A stretch of 64,000 nt of DNA from Camelus dromedarius (lineage: Eukaryota). The DNA lies in the NCBI RefSeq assembly GCF_036321535.1, contig NC_087437.1, forward strand, positions 28,708,001-28,772,000, written 5' to 3'. Below the pieces are notes generated by a model that worked only from the letters and a program-made list of their open reading frames with translations, had not been told where the DNA came from and did not search any database. Of the stretch, positions 1-11,704 are shown one piece after another. The position numbers were made by a program, and so were the translations under genes. Numbering within the stretch: position 1 is the stretch's first letter; every line of letters begins with the position of its first letter.

Positions 1-19
1 TTGTAGACGGCCCTGAGTG

Positions 20-850
20 GTCATAGGAAATGAGCAATTCAGGTGACAGTGGGTGGCAGGGGACAAAAAGAAGAATAGATTCAGGGGAGACATTGAGAAA
101 GTAAACCCAACAAGACCTGGTGATGAATTGTGAGTGAAGAAAAGGGAGGAGTCCATGATGACTCCCCATTTCTATTTCCAGTAGATGGTGCACCACTGAA
201 GAGGATATGGGGCAACTAAGAAAGGGAGCAAGTTCAGGATGAGTTCCATTATGGATGTTTTCATTTGGAGGAGTCTGTGGGGTCTCTACAGGGTTGTTTC
301 CAGGAGACAATTGACTGTTTGGGCTAGCATTCAATAAAAGGGGCTCATTCGGAAGTGCTTGTTGAAACAATCCAATATCCTTGGTAATTAAAGCACCGGG
401 AGCAGATGTGCGCAGGAAGTAAATATAAAACTTCTTTAGAAAAGGACCGAAATCAAGACCTGAAGAAACATGACATTTCAGAAAAGGTAAAGGAGAAGGT
501 TACAATAAAGAGGAGACTTCGGCAAAAATGGGTAGAAGAAAATCATCAGAGAAGCCAAGGAAAGAGGGAATTTGGAGAAGAAAAGACGGGTCAAAATTGT
601 CCAATGTTCTTGAGAAGTCATGTAATTCAACTTTCTAAAAATGACCATTGACAAATTCGATAAGAAGAGTTTTGGCAGAGTGCTAGGGCCAGAAGAGCTT
701 TTAGACTGAAGTAAAGCGAAGAAACGGGGTGGAGAAAGGAGCGGGAAAATGGACACTAAGTGTTGCTGCTTATTCAAAACACTTGTCTGGTGTTTACATT
801 TGTTCACATGGCGGGAAATGACTGCTGTGGAAAGAAGAATGCAAGCTCTT
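20..850 (-). mobile_element. L2 LINE fragment
   Basis: Purine-rich L2 antisense pattern, e.g. GATGAGTTCCATTATGGATGTTTTCATTTGGAGGAGTCTGTGGG. Confidence 0.7.
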
Positions 851-1597
851 ATAAAAGAGATACTTTTACAGTCAGTTCTAGAAGGCCCACAACTCAGAGT
901 GCTGAAGTAGGGTGAATTTTAGAGGTCCTCTCTCTGGGTCTAACCAGAGAAAAATCTGGACAAACATTGGGTTTGACTTTCTGTTTGACTTCACTGATTG
1001 AGTAATCCCAGGGCTGTGGGGGCGCTGCTTTAACCCCAACTGTCCTGGGGACGCTCCAACTTTACGCCAAGAATATTTGCCAGCCAGCATCGGAGCTGGC
1101 AGCTTCTGGAGCGTCCGTCCAACTGAGATGTCCAGTTAAGTCCAGCTCTTTTATGGGTGTAGTGGTGGCCCTCCCAGCACTGCCTGGGGCTTTCCTTTCA
1201 TTGTCATTTCAGCCAGTGGGATACAATTTTAAGTAGGATAAGGTTCCCAAAGAGAAACCAAGCCTGCTTTTAGTTTGTAATTAGGGTAGACTTCTTACTG
1301 AGAGCCTAAGCACTTAAAATAATTTTGCAAACGAAGTTGGTATAAATAGAATAAATAAATGCATCCCTCCATGCAGATAGTCCAGAACTGCCTTGACTAT
1401 ATCATCATAAAAGAAGTATAGAGTTTTTTTTAAAAAAATAGTCTATTGCCTGTCTTACTTTACAGTAATGAATTTAGAGTACTGGTGTCCAGATCAAAAA
1501 AATTATCAAAGCTAAATTAATCTGAATGCCACGAGGACTTTTTACAAGTGACCTTTTGCATATGTGAAATGCCGGCTTTGTTTTTGCATTTTTGCAG

Positions 1598-1793
1598 CCT
1601 TAATGAGTTAAATGGCAAGCCACCTCTTTTTCTTGGGGCAGCGCCACCATTCGGGCAGCTCCAGAAAACTGTAGTCCTTCAGTGAGACACCCACACTTCT
1701 CACTGAATTGCTCTCCTCTAAAACAATGAGGCAATTCATTGCCCAAGCGTCCTCCAGGGACAGAAAACACCCGTCCCAAGATGAAATCTTCAA
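1598..1793 (+). other. Candidate exon in unique sequence (not open in any frame end to end)
   Basis: Acceptor TTTGTTTTTGCATTTTTGCAG| and donor AA|GTAAGG. The frame from 1599 reads LNELNGKPPLFLGAAPPFGQLQKTVVLQ* (stop 1683-1685). Confidence 0.35.
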
Positions 1794-4700
1794 GTAAGGG
1801 AGCCTTTCAATGTTTGTCTAAAACTGTCTTACCCACCCACAAAAAGAAGAGACTATTTACCGCTGGGCGAGTGGACTGGAACAGAAGACAGGAGGAAGGG
1901 AAAGCAGAAAACCGATATCTCTTTATCTGATTCTCCAAACTGAACTCTAAAGCCAGTATTAATCATGGGCAGAAGTATGTCTTGTTCAAACAGCACAGAT
2001 GTTGGCTGGCTGTGGGGCTCTGGGCTGAATTTGAATGGAGCTGAGAGAGGTCTCTGGGTGCCACCTCTTCATGCCTTATCATGTTCTAAGTGGATTAAAC
2101 TTACTGAGCGGTGATCTGTTTCTGTAACAAGTTGTGACGGCTAACTGTGCGCTTTCTGCCCCACAAGAAGGAAGGTATTACTGTCATTGAATTTTAAGCC
2201 TTGATGACTCAGTTTGCTGTACTTTATTCCTAGCAACTGGGAAGAGAAAAACTCAACATCCAGGCTGTTTTTTTTTTTTTTTTTTTTTTTTTTTGGAGTG
2301 CCCAAAACAAATCATAAACATTTTCCAAGCACTTGTCTTCTGTTGAGTGTTGAATCTTAGTTTACGTTCCAGTACACTAGTTTATTATTACTGCCTACTA
2401 TGTGCTTGTCTTTTTCTACCAGATGGTGAACTTCTCAAGTAAAAGAACATGTATTTCCTTCTGTGTGACCCACCATTTTACCCTCAGCTCTGGGCATCCC
2501 AGTGTTTGGAACTTTATAGATGCTCAGTAAATAGTTGCTGAGCGAGCAAATATTTGAAAACCTCTTCTGCTAGTCGGAGTGAGTTGATAGTTACTCCTAA
2601 ATAGATGTTAATAATCTGGAAAGACCTTGTTTTCCCCTGCTTGCTTACTGACACTTAAACTATTTCCTGAGGTCAGACAAGAAAGGCAATCATATCTCTT
2701 GTCATTATTGCTATGTGCGAATGACTGACTCAAAAGCAGTACTTTTGGACTTCGTAAGTCCAAGTGCTGTCACGCTCACCTGTTGCTTTTTAATCGACAG
2801 TCCTGAGGTATGGTCTTACTCTAGAATATCAAAGCAGGAAGGGCCTGCTAGGAAGGTTTACTAATCCAGTTTGTTTTACCTGTGAGAAAACTGTGACCTA
2901 CACAGGTGAGGTGACTGACCCAGAGTGTACTTGTGACAAAGCCAAGACTTAGAATGCAGGTCTCATGGTTCCAGTGAGTCCGATACCAGGGGCCCACCTT
3001 TTCATTTACAAATCAATGAGAAGCACTGAAGCATTAAATCCCTCACCCCCATAATCCCCAAACTGCAAGTCTGGACAAAGCCAGGGCTGGAAAAACAACA
3101 TATGAGGTCCTAGTTCCAGGGAGGATCTCTGAATTTTCCCCATGACTTCTATGAACAGTATAGGCATACATTTTCTGTCTGTGGTTCCCACGATGAATTA
3201 GAGAAGTATGGAATATCAGGACGTGGAGGGATCTTAGGTCCCACTGGGCTGAACCCTTCCTTGGTCTTGGCTGTTACACCTCTAGTGCCTGGAACTGGCA
3301 CACACAGTTTCCTATTCTTAGCATATTGCTAAACAGATCTAATTATTAGAAAGTTCATTCTTTAGACCAAACCTAAATCGAGGCAACTTCTCCTCACCGG
3401 TTCACCTTGTATCCTTTAGGTGAGTATGCCTGGCCATCCACCATCTAAACAAATTTCACTGTCTCCCATCTTTCTTTCAGAATAAACATCTATCTCCCCT
3501 ATTCATATTGTCATAGGAGCAGTATGATACAATGGCAGATGCATGAAGAATCTCATTTAACTACCTGGACAATAACCTAGAAAACAAAATGATGCGAAAG
3601 TGTACAAAATGGTAACAACTCACAAATTAGATAAATACAAAATGACGTGAAAAGTAATAAAAGAACAAACTCAGTTTACATTTGCAGTGGAGGTTGTTGA
3701 TTCCCACAAGGACAGGGACACTGGGGGTAAAAGTAAGGGCGTCAGGGAGAGAGTGTGGGATGAATTTCTGCAACGCTTGCTCAGCTGAAGCCTCTAAGCA
3801 GCCCTTTAGTGACAGCAATAGGTTCGTTTTCATCTCTTTGAGGTACAAGTCTGCTAACATGAAGACTAGAATTGAAAAACTTATAGAGAGCTTCGGCATC
3901 TCCAAAAGCCATTTTGTGTTATAAGGTAGCTACCACGTTGCATCGGTTGTTTCAGGAAATTGAGATTAAAAAAAAGTTTGAGATGACTGCAAAGAGTTGA
4001 GGAAGCAATCAAAAGATTGACCACATTTATGTCTGAAGCACTAAAAATTGAATGTTTGGCTAACATCTCCAGTTTCCTGTGGTTTCAGGGACAGAACAGT
4101 AAGCTCCAATGTCCATCTTTAGTTAACTGCCTACTTATTTTGTTAAGACAACAAAAGTGTCCATAAACTAGAATTAGAACAAGAGACTAGAGAAGTTCAT
4201 TCAAATTTTGCTGAGCATACAAGTTGAGGGTTGGGTAACAGCCAACAGAACAACTCTGTAAAGCAGAGTAAGGCATTAGGAAACGCCTTTGAACTTTGGG
4301 GGAGAAAATTAAGTATAAAAAGAACTATCAGAAAGGTAATTGTGATCGTAACTAAATTACAGGCTTCTGTAACTGTGCACAGAGCTTTTACAAAGATTTC
4401 TTCATCCAACCCGCCTCTCCCAGAGTCTAAATATATGATAGTACAAGAAGCATTACTTGAATATGTTTTTGATTCAAAAATACAGTTAAAGTAGCCTGAA
4501 GAGATAATAATGCTTTCAATAGGGAAAAGATACATTGGATCAGTGCCCACTTTGAGACTTTTCTTCAACAGGAAAATTTTTGTTCCCATGCAGCCTGGCT
4601 ACCGCTCCTGATGACATTCCTTCTGAACAAAAATATTCCATTTCCTTTTTCCTTCTCTCCTCCTAATATTCTGTACTGTTTGTTTATTTTTAACTCTATT

Positions 4701-4964
4701 TAAAACCACACAAATGAAGAAATGATGTGACTCATTCTAAATCTGATCCTGGGGTAAGGTAAAGAATGTACCTGCTCGTTCCTGAAAGTCTACCTGTGAA
4801 AACAGTCAACCCAGCATCTTATGCATGCAGTTCCCATAATGGTGTTCTCCACTTGTAGGAAAATGGCAAACACTGCAGCCTTACATTTTAAGTTTCCTGT
4901 AGAATATATTCTTTCACTTTTACACATTGTGTAAGTAGCGAATCAACTATCTATCCTAAAACTT

Positions 4965-5157
4965 TTTTTTTCTTTTTCTTTCTTTATTTTTTCATGGAAT
5001 CTATTTCTTAGAGCAGTTTTAGGTTCACAGCAAAATTGAGTGGAAAGTACAGAGTTCCCATATACTCCCAAACCCCATACACATCATCTCCCACGTTATC
5101 AATATCCCCCACCAGAGTGGTACATTTGCTACAATCAATGAACAGACATTGACACAA
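4965..5157 (-). mobile_element. L1MA/MB-type 3' end fragment
   Basis: TTAGAGCAGTTTTAGGTTCACAGCAAAATTGAGTGGAAAGTACAGAGTTCCCATATAC, typical of the reverse complement of a mammalian L1M 3' end. Confidence 0.85.
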
Positions 5158-5734
5158 AATTTTTCTTTATTTTTTAACTATGTCATGCCACTGAACACTT
5201 CTGTTTAGACTCCTAACTCAGACTATGGAAATAAAGTTTGACTGTATTTGTTAGTAAAATTTTATATTCCAAAGTATTCAAAGTTGTTGCTTATCTCTGT
5301 TAAAATAAAATCGGTGATAAGCAAAAAAAAAAAAAAAGAAAAAGAAAAAGAAAAAGAAAAACCATCTAACAGTACTGAAGTCTGATGCTCAGGTAGTTCT
5401 GATTTTTCATTTTTATTAGATGTCACTGAAGCATCCTGAATGGTCAGCTCAGATTCCTTCCAGGAAAACAGAAGGCTTGTGTCAAGTTTTACACCACTGG
5501 GACAAAGAATGAGACATGACGGAGCACATTGTCTGGCTTTTGTGACTCTGTCATGTTCTTGGCAATTTTCAAAATGAGGGTTTCAGTTTGTTTTTGAAAC
5601 TCTTTGTTTTTGGGATACTGTGGCCATAAAGTCGTCTCTTCAAGAAATATGAAATCCCATAAAATTTAAAACATAAATAGGCTGTTTTGGATCCTGTTGT
5701 TTTACAAATAAAAGGCAATTCGTGTTCAGGGTAA

Positions 5735-7345
5735 GGAAAGTTACCAGGGATAAAGAGAGTTAGTATGTTAACAATGAAGTGTTCAATTTTCCAAGAAGAT
5801 ATAAGAATCCTTAACATGTATGCACCCAATAAAAGAGTGACAAACTATGTCAGGCAAAAACTAATAGAGCTACAAGAAGGAATAGTTAAATCCACTATTA
5901 TAGTTGAATACTTCAATCTCCTATCAGAAATGGGCAGATTCATTGAGCAGAAAATCAGTAAGAACATAGTTGAACTCAACAACTCTACCAATCAACTGGA
6001 TACAATGGATATGTATAGACTATTTCATCCAACAACAGCAGAATACACACTCTTTTCAAGCTCATGAGAAACATTCACCAAGATAGACCATATTCTGGAC
6101 CAAAGAACACACCTTAACAAATTTAAAAGAATTATATAATATCTCCTCTTAGACCACAAGGAATTAAGCAAGAAAATACTAACAGAAAGACCTGAAAAAT
6201 CCCTCAATATTCAAAGATTAAACAATACATTTCTGATAATGTATGGGTCAAAAAAGAAATCTCAAGAGAAATTTTTAAAAACATTTTGAACTAAATAAAA
6301 ATTAAAACACAACTTATCAAAATTTGTGGAATGCAGCAGAAAGCAGTGTTTGGAAGGAAATTTATAACTTTGAATGCATACATTAAAAATAAAGAAAGAT
6401 CAAAAATTAGTCATCTAAGCTTCCACCTTAGGAAACTGGAAAGAGAACAGAAAATTAAATCCAAAGTAAGCAGAAGGAAAGAAATATGAATTTGAGCAAA
6501 ATTCAATGAAATTGAAAATAGGAAAACAAAAGAGAAAACTGACAAATGGAAAGCTGGTTTTGTGAAAAGATCAATAAAATATAGACAAGCTAACTAAGAA
6601 AAGAATGAGGCAACAAATATTACTAATATCAGAAATTAAAGAGGAGATGTCACTACGGACCCCATGGACATTAAAACTTGAGTGAGGAATAGTATGAATG
6701 ACTCTACACCTGCAAGTTAGATAACCTAGATGAAATGGTCAAGTTCCTGGAAAGAAACAATCTGCCAAAGCTCGCTTGAGATAAAATAGATAAAATGAAT
6801 ATGCCTGTATCTGCTAAAGAAATTGAATCAATAATTGATAACCTTCCAAAACAGAAAGCACCAGACCTTGATAGATTTACCAGTGAGTGCTACCAACATT
6901 TAAGGAAGACATTCCACTAATTCTCTACAATCTCTCTCAGAAGATAAAAGCAGAGGGAATACTTCTTAATGTATTCTGTGAGGCCAGTATTACCATAATA
7001 CCAAAACTATACAAAGATATTACAAGAGAAGAAAACCACAGACCAATATCTACCATGAACACAGATTCAAAAATAAAAAATATTAGCATGTTGAATCTCA
7101 CAATGTATAAAAAGAATTATCTACATGACCACATGGGATTTATCTTAGGTATGCAAAGCTGGTTCAATGTTCAAACATCAATTAATGCAATCCATTGCAT
7201 CAATAGGCTAAAAAAGAAAAATCACCATGATCATATCCATAGATACAGAAAAAGCATTTGACAAAATCCAACACCCATTTGCCATAAAAATGCTCATTAA
7301 ACTAGGAAGAGAGGAGAACTTTCTCAACTTGACAAAGAATATCTA
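5735..7345 (+). mobile_element. Old L1 (L1M) ORF2 fragment: endonuclease to reverse transcriptase, degenerate
   Basis: Broken ORFs SIFQEDIRILNMYAPNKR...LFHPTTAEYTLFSSS, EASITIIPK...ENHRPIS, GMQSWFNV and MIISIDTEKAFDKIQHPF are L1 ORF2 motifs. Multiple stops and frameshifts. Confidence 0.95.
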
Positions 7346-8139
7346 TTTAGGTGGTGGTGTGATGTCCAAGTTTCTAAAATCAGAGGTGCATAGTCATACT
7401 AGATTAGAAGACACTTTACACACAAATATGCAACTTGAAATTTAAATTTATATCAAATACTTCAAAATCAACACAGGAAATTATTATTTAAATTATGTTG
7501 ATAAAAACATTTTTAATATACTCATTTTCATGTAGTTTGGAAATTAGGGTTTTCCTTATATTAGTTGCTCTTCAACTGGGGTCATTTTATTTTGTCCCAT
7601 ATGCTATGAAAGCAAACAAAAGCAGGCAAAACAAAACACACCCCCCACCCCATTTGGATAATGTTTGATTGTTTCCAACACTAGTATCTTACTTAGGTTT
7701 TTAAATGGGAAAATGCAGATTTTTTATGTTTATACTCTAATGATAGTTGGACTTTACCGACTCTTTTGTGGTATCAGTCAGATTTGTAGCCTGTATTTAA
7801 TGCTTCAGTAAATCCAGAATTTGAACATTTTACAGCAGGTTCCCCTTTTTCCCTTGAGATAAAAATGATAGTCTCTGCTTCTATGACAGCTGTCAAATGA
7901 AAAGAAACTTGGGGTTCCTGAGATAATAGTGGCTGAAAAGAAGCTGTTTTTTCCCTATTAAATCCCGAGAGTTATTAAAGAGTCAGTGCATTTGGAATAA
8001 ATAAAATGGTCTGTACCACTGTCCTTGAATGTGCAACAGATTTAAGCTTTGAATGTGCATTGAAAGAACAAGTTTAATATAATGAGCACGTCAGCCTGTT
8101 GACTTGTTAAAATTTCATGACTCACATATTTTGCTTATG

Positions 8140-8480
8140 GTTTTTAAACCCCATAAAAAGAACACATAATTACCAGGAATATTTTAAAATTGTAAAATAT
8201 ATAAAACAAAAATAATGGTTTAGAGAATAATAAAATACATAAAATAAGTATGACTACAATGGTACAGAGAATAATAATACCCAGATATACACTTACCAAA
8301 CAGATTAAGAAAGAAACAAATGCAAAACAGCTAGTTCTTGTGGAGAACTGTTTAACCCTTTCCTGATCACATCCGTCAATCACCTCCCATGCTACTAATC
8401 TGTCATGTATGTGTATATTCCAAAGCAACCTATACCATTGCTTAACAAGCTTTTAAGCTTTATATAAATGGCATTAAGAA
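8140..8480 (-). mobile_element. Very old L1M 3' fragment
   Basis: Degenerate ACCAAACAGATTAAGAAAGAAAC...CCCATGCTACTAATCTG...TTTATATAAATGGCAT pattern. Confidence 0.5.
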
Positions 8481-9782
8481 TTCTAAGAACATGCTACATC
8501 TCTCCATTTTGAAGTTATTCTTTGGTGCCCTTAAGTAATATTTTGTTGAACAGACACACATTTTTCTGGGGGTAGGGGCCTCGCACATGACTAGCTGTGT
8601 TTGTTATGAGGTGAGGTGGCAACTTGTCAGCTTTCTCCTTTGTGGCACTAACACTCACAAAAAAATTTTGACTTTTGCTAATTGTTCATTCCTTTTTGTT
8701 AGACAGGAGTCTTCCACTTTCTGCCTGGAAGAAAGTGCAAGGCTTCTGCTCACTCAGATGGGAGCAGAGGAAGTGAAGGGAGGGGCTGACTGGGGCAGTT
8801 GTTCCTTGTGTGGACCTTTAACTCATCCCCCCTTTCGTATTCAGTGGCACGGCGGCTCCCTGTGGTTCTGGGGGCAGCCCTCTCTGTGACATACTCTGTA
8901 CTATTTACATGGCTTTACTTGATGCTTCAAAATCCTCCCTTTCCTTTCCTTTTTAAGAAACAGTTGAAATTTTGATGACTCTGGCATAGGTTATTTTCAG
9001 TGTTGTGGGTTCATCTATATTTTGCTTTTTGGACACTTCTGTACTATCAGTTATGGTCTTCTGAGAAAGAGGCAGAGCTGGTGTGCGCTCAGTCCACCCA
9101 CCTGAACTTCCTTCTTTTATTATTATTATTAGTAGTAGTAGTAGCAGTAGCAGCAGCATAGCATCTACACCCATCTTTTCCTGTTTCCACCTCTGTTCAC
9201 AGGCTGGGGTCAACCTTGTTTTCGGCCGTCCACTGTACCCTAGTTCACAAGGCCATCTCTCTTCATTGCCCTGGGATCCTGTTCCCTCTCGTAGCCTCAC
9301 AACTCTCTTTCCTTCCTCATATGAACACCCTCAGCTCTCTCCAATTTTTCTTTCTCATTCTCCTTTAGGTGGCACCTCATCTCTTTCCTTTAATTTTCAT
9401 CCAGGCTTAACCAGTGGCTTACTCTCCTTCCTGAAACTTAGCGTGGTCTAACTCCCTGCCTCTCTCCACTGATGCTGCTTTGACAGAGGTCACTGACCAT
9501 CTCCACATTAGCAAATGCTATAGACAAATGTAAATCTTCTTTGTGTGACCCTGTTAATCACACCTGACATTATCTTCACCCTGGGCTTCTAAGCAAACTT
9601 GTGTTCTACCAAGTTTTCCTCCTTCCTCTCTTACCATTTTACCAGATTTCTCTTTCAAGTCCCTTCTCCAACTACCTCTCAAGCATTGTTACCCAGAATC
9701 CTTTCTTGGCCAATTGTTCTTCTTAAACTTTTTGGACTTCCTGAGTATTCTCACCCCTTCATCCTTTTCTATTGTTGGATTT

Positions 9783-9908
9783 AAAAAGAATTGGGGGGGG
9801 GCAGGGGTAATTAGGTTTATTTATTTTTAATGGAGGTGCTGGGGATTGAACCCAGGGCTTTATGCATGCTAAGCGTGTGCTCTACCACTGAGCCATACCC
9901 TCTTTCCC
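9783..9908 (-). mobile_element. tRNA-derived SINE (Vic-1-like)
   Basis: Reverse complement GGGTATGGCTCAGTGGTAGAGCACACGCTTAGCATGCATAAAGCCCTGGGTTCAATCCCCAGCACCTCC with Pol III A/B boxes. Degenerate TSD ATTG(T/G)TGGAT. Confidence 0.88.
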
Positions 9909-10029
9909 AGCATTGGTGGATCTTTTACTTGGGTGATATTCTTTTGGCACCTGATAATATCATTTATGTCTATTATTGCTCACTGTGTGCCAGACCCTAT
10001 GCTAAGCATCTTCAAACATCATCTTTATT

Positions 10030-10472
10030 TATTTTTTTATTTAAGTGTAGTTGATTTACAATGTTAGTTAGTTTCAAGTGTACAGCAAAGTGATTCAGTT
10101 ATACATATACATACATATATATTTTTTTCTTTTCAGATTCTTTTCCGTTATATGTTATTACAAGAAATTGAATAGTTTCTATGTATTCGTAGTTCCCTGT
10201 GCTGTACATTAGGTCTTTATTGTTTATCTATTTTATATATAGTAATGTGTGTCTGCTTATCACCAACCCATAATTTATCACTCTGCCCCTTCCCCTTTGG
10301 TAACCATAGTATGGATGGACCTAGAGATTATCATACTGAGTGAAGTAAGTCAGACAGAAAAAGACAAATATCATATGATATCATTTATATATGAAATCTA
10401 AAAATTAAACAAAAATGATACAGAATCTATTTACAAACCAAAAGCAGAATCACAGACATAGAAAACAAGCTT
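10030..10472 (-). mobile_element. L1 3' fragment with 5' inversion, inserted in a MIR
   Basis: Minus-strand 3' end (~10030-10310), then plus-strand ATGGATGGACCTAGAGATTATCATACTGAGTGAAGTAAGTCAGACAGAAAAAGACAAATATC. Degenerate TSD ATCTT(T)ATTT. MIR halves lie on both sides. Confidence 0.85.
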
Positions 10473-10798
10473 TATCTTATTTCACCTTCACAATAACCCT
10501 ATCAGGTAGGTATTATCATCTCCATTTTTCAAAAGAGGAAACTGACACTTGGACTCAATAGTTTGCCCAAGTTACACACCTGCGGACTGAAGAGCCGGGA
10601 GTTATGCCACATCTCTTCCACTGGAAGGCTGTGCTCTTACTCTTCACAGGCCCCCTTGTCTCTTCTATGCAGATCACGTGGACCTACCTGGCCATCGGCA
10701 TTCGTGGATGCCCAAAATGGGCTTGACTTTCTACTTTGGCATATTTTTTTCTAAAAGAGTCACAAGTTTTCCTCTGAGAGGAGGAAATTCAGAATTCA

Positions 10799-10846
10799 GT
10801 TGACTCACTGAATTCTTTTACAATTCTTACAATTCAGTGAGTCAAC
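10799..10846. repeat. Perfect 16-bp inverted repeat carrying two AP-1 motifs
   Basis: GTTGACTCACTGAATT (10799-10814) and AATTCAGTGAGTCAAC (10831-10846), 16-nt spacer. Confidence 0.9.
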
Positions 10847-11606
10847 ATATTCTCCAGTCTTTGCTTACATTTCTCTCTCTTAATAAAGTCAGCACACAAC
10901 ATACACACCCTTATTCTCCTAGGCAAAGTGGTATATTTTATATTAAATTATATAATCAATCATATTAAAAGTGCTATTCATTTATTTAAAAAACAAACAA
11001 ACAAACAAACAAAAACACCTGTAGTGTGATGGTTCCAGGCAAGTAAAGGCAGGAATTGAAATGATGAAAGGAGTTATAAAATTAATCCAAATTTATATTT
11101 TGGCCCTTCATATCCTACGCTTTGATGCACAGATAGGTACACATTGCATGGAAGATTCTCAGAGAAGAAGAAAGAAAATTGTGAGATCCAAGGACTGCTA
11201 GAAACAGAAGCCCAAATAGAAGGCTCTCAGGCAGCCTTTTCCGGGAGGCAATTCTTTTCCAGCTGCTCCCTGTTGTTCGTGTCCCCTGAGCCCTGTCTGA
11301 GGTCGGCTGCAGCATTCCCGTCTCTCAGTGTGGGATCTCAGATTGTGAAACCTATTGCATCTTTCCAGTTACCACATTATGTCGACTGTGAAGTCACCAG
11401 TAGCCAGTGTTGGGAGCTCTCCAGAGCTCTGTCCTGCTGCCTCTCTCACAGGGTGAAAAGATGTTGCTAGGCTTTCTGGACCAATTCTAAGCACTCATTT
11501 ATCTCCTTGGCCTTTTCTCTTTATCTCCAGAGTGTGCTCAAGCCTAACTACAAAGAGACATGGGGTCAGAATAGCCAACTGTATTACATTTAGATTTTGT
11601 CCTTCT

Positions 11607-11704
11607 TTAAAAAACTTTTTTTAAAATGGAGGTACTGGGGATTGAACCCAGGACCTCGTGCATGCTAATCATGAGCTCTACCACTGAGCTATGCCCCCAC
11701 CCCC
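11607..11704 (-). mobile_element. tRNA-derived SINE (Vic-1-like)
   Basis: A/B-box head on the minus strand. TSD TAGATTTTGTC at 11591-11601 and 11705-11715. Confidence 0.9.

Noticed and set aside
5765..7445. Endonuclease/reverse-transcriptase ORFs as a functional or novel RT system
   Set aside because: These are fragmented old L1 ORF2 pieces with stops and frameshifts.
8953..9451. ORFs with poly-Leu/Ile or poly-Ser (signal or transmembrane-like)
   Set aside because: They are produced by the compound trinucleotide microsatellite at 9119-9158. The same applies to poly-Val at 28087-28128 and (HT)n at 23437-23481.
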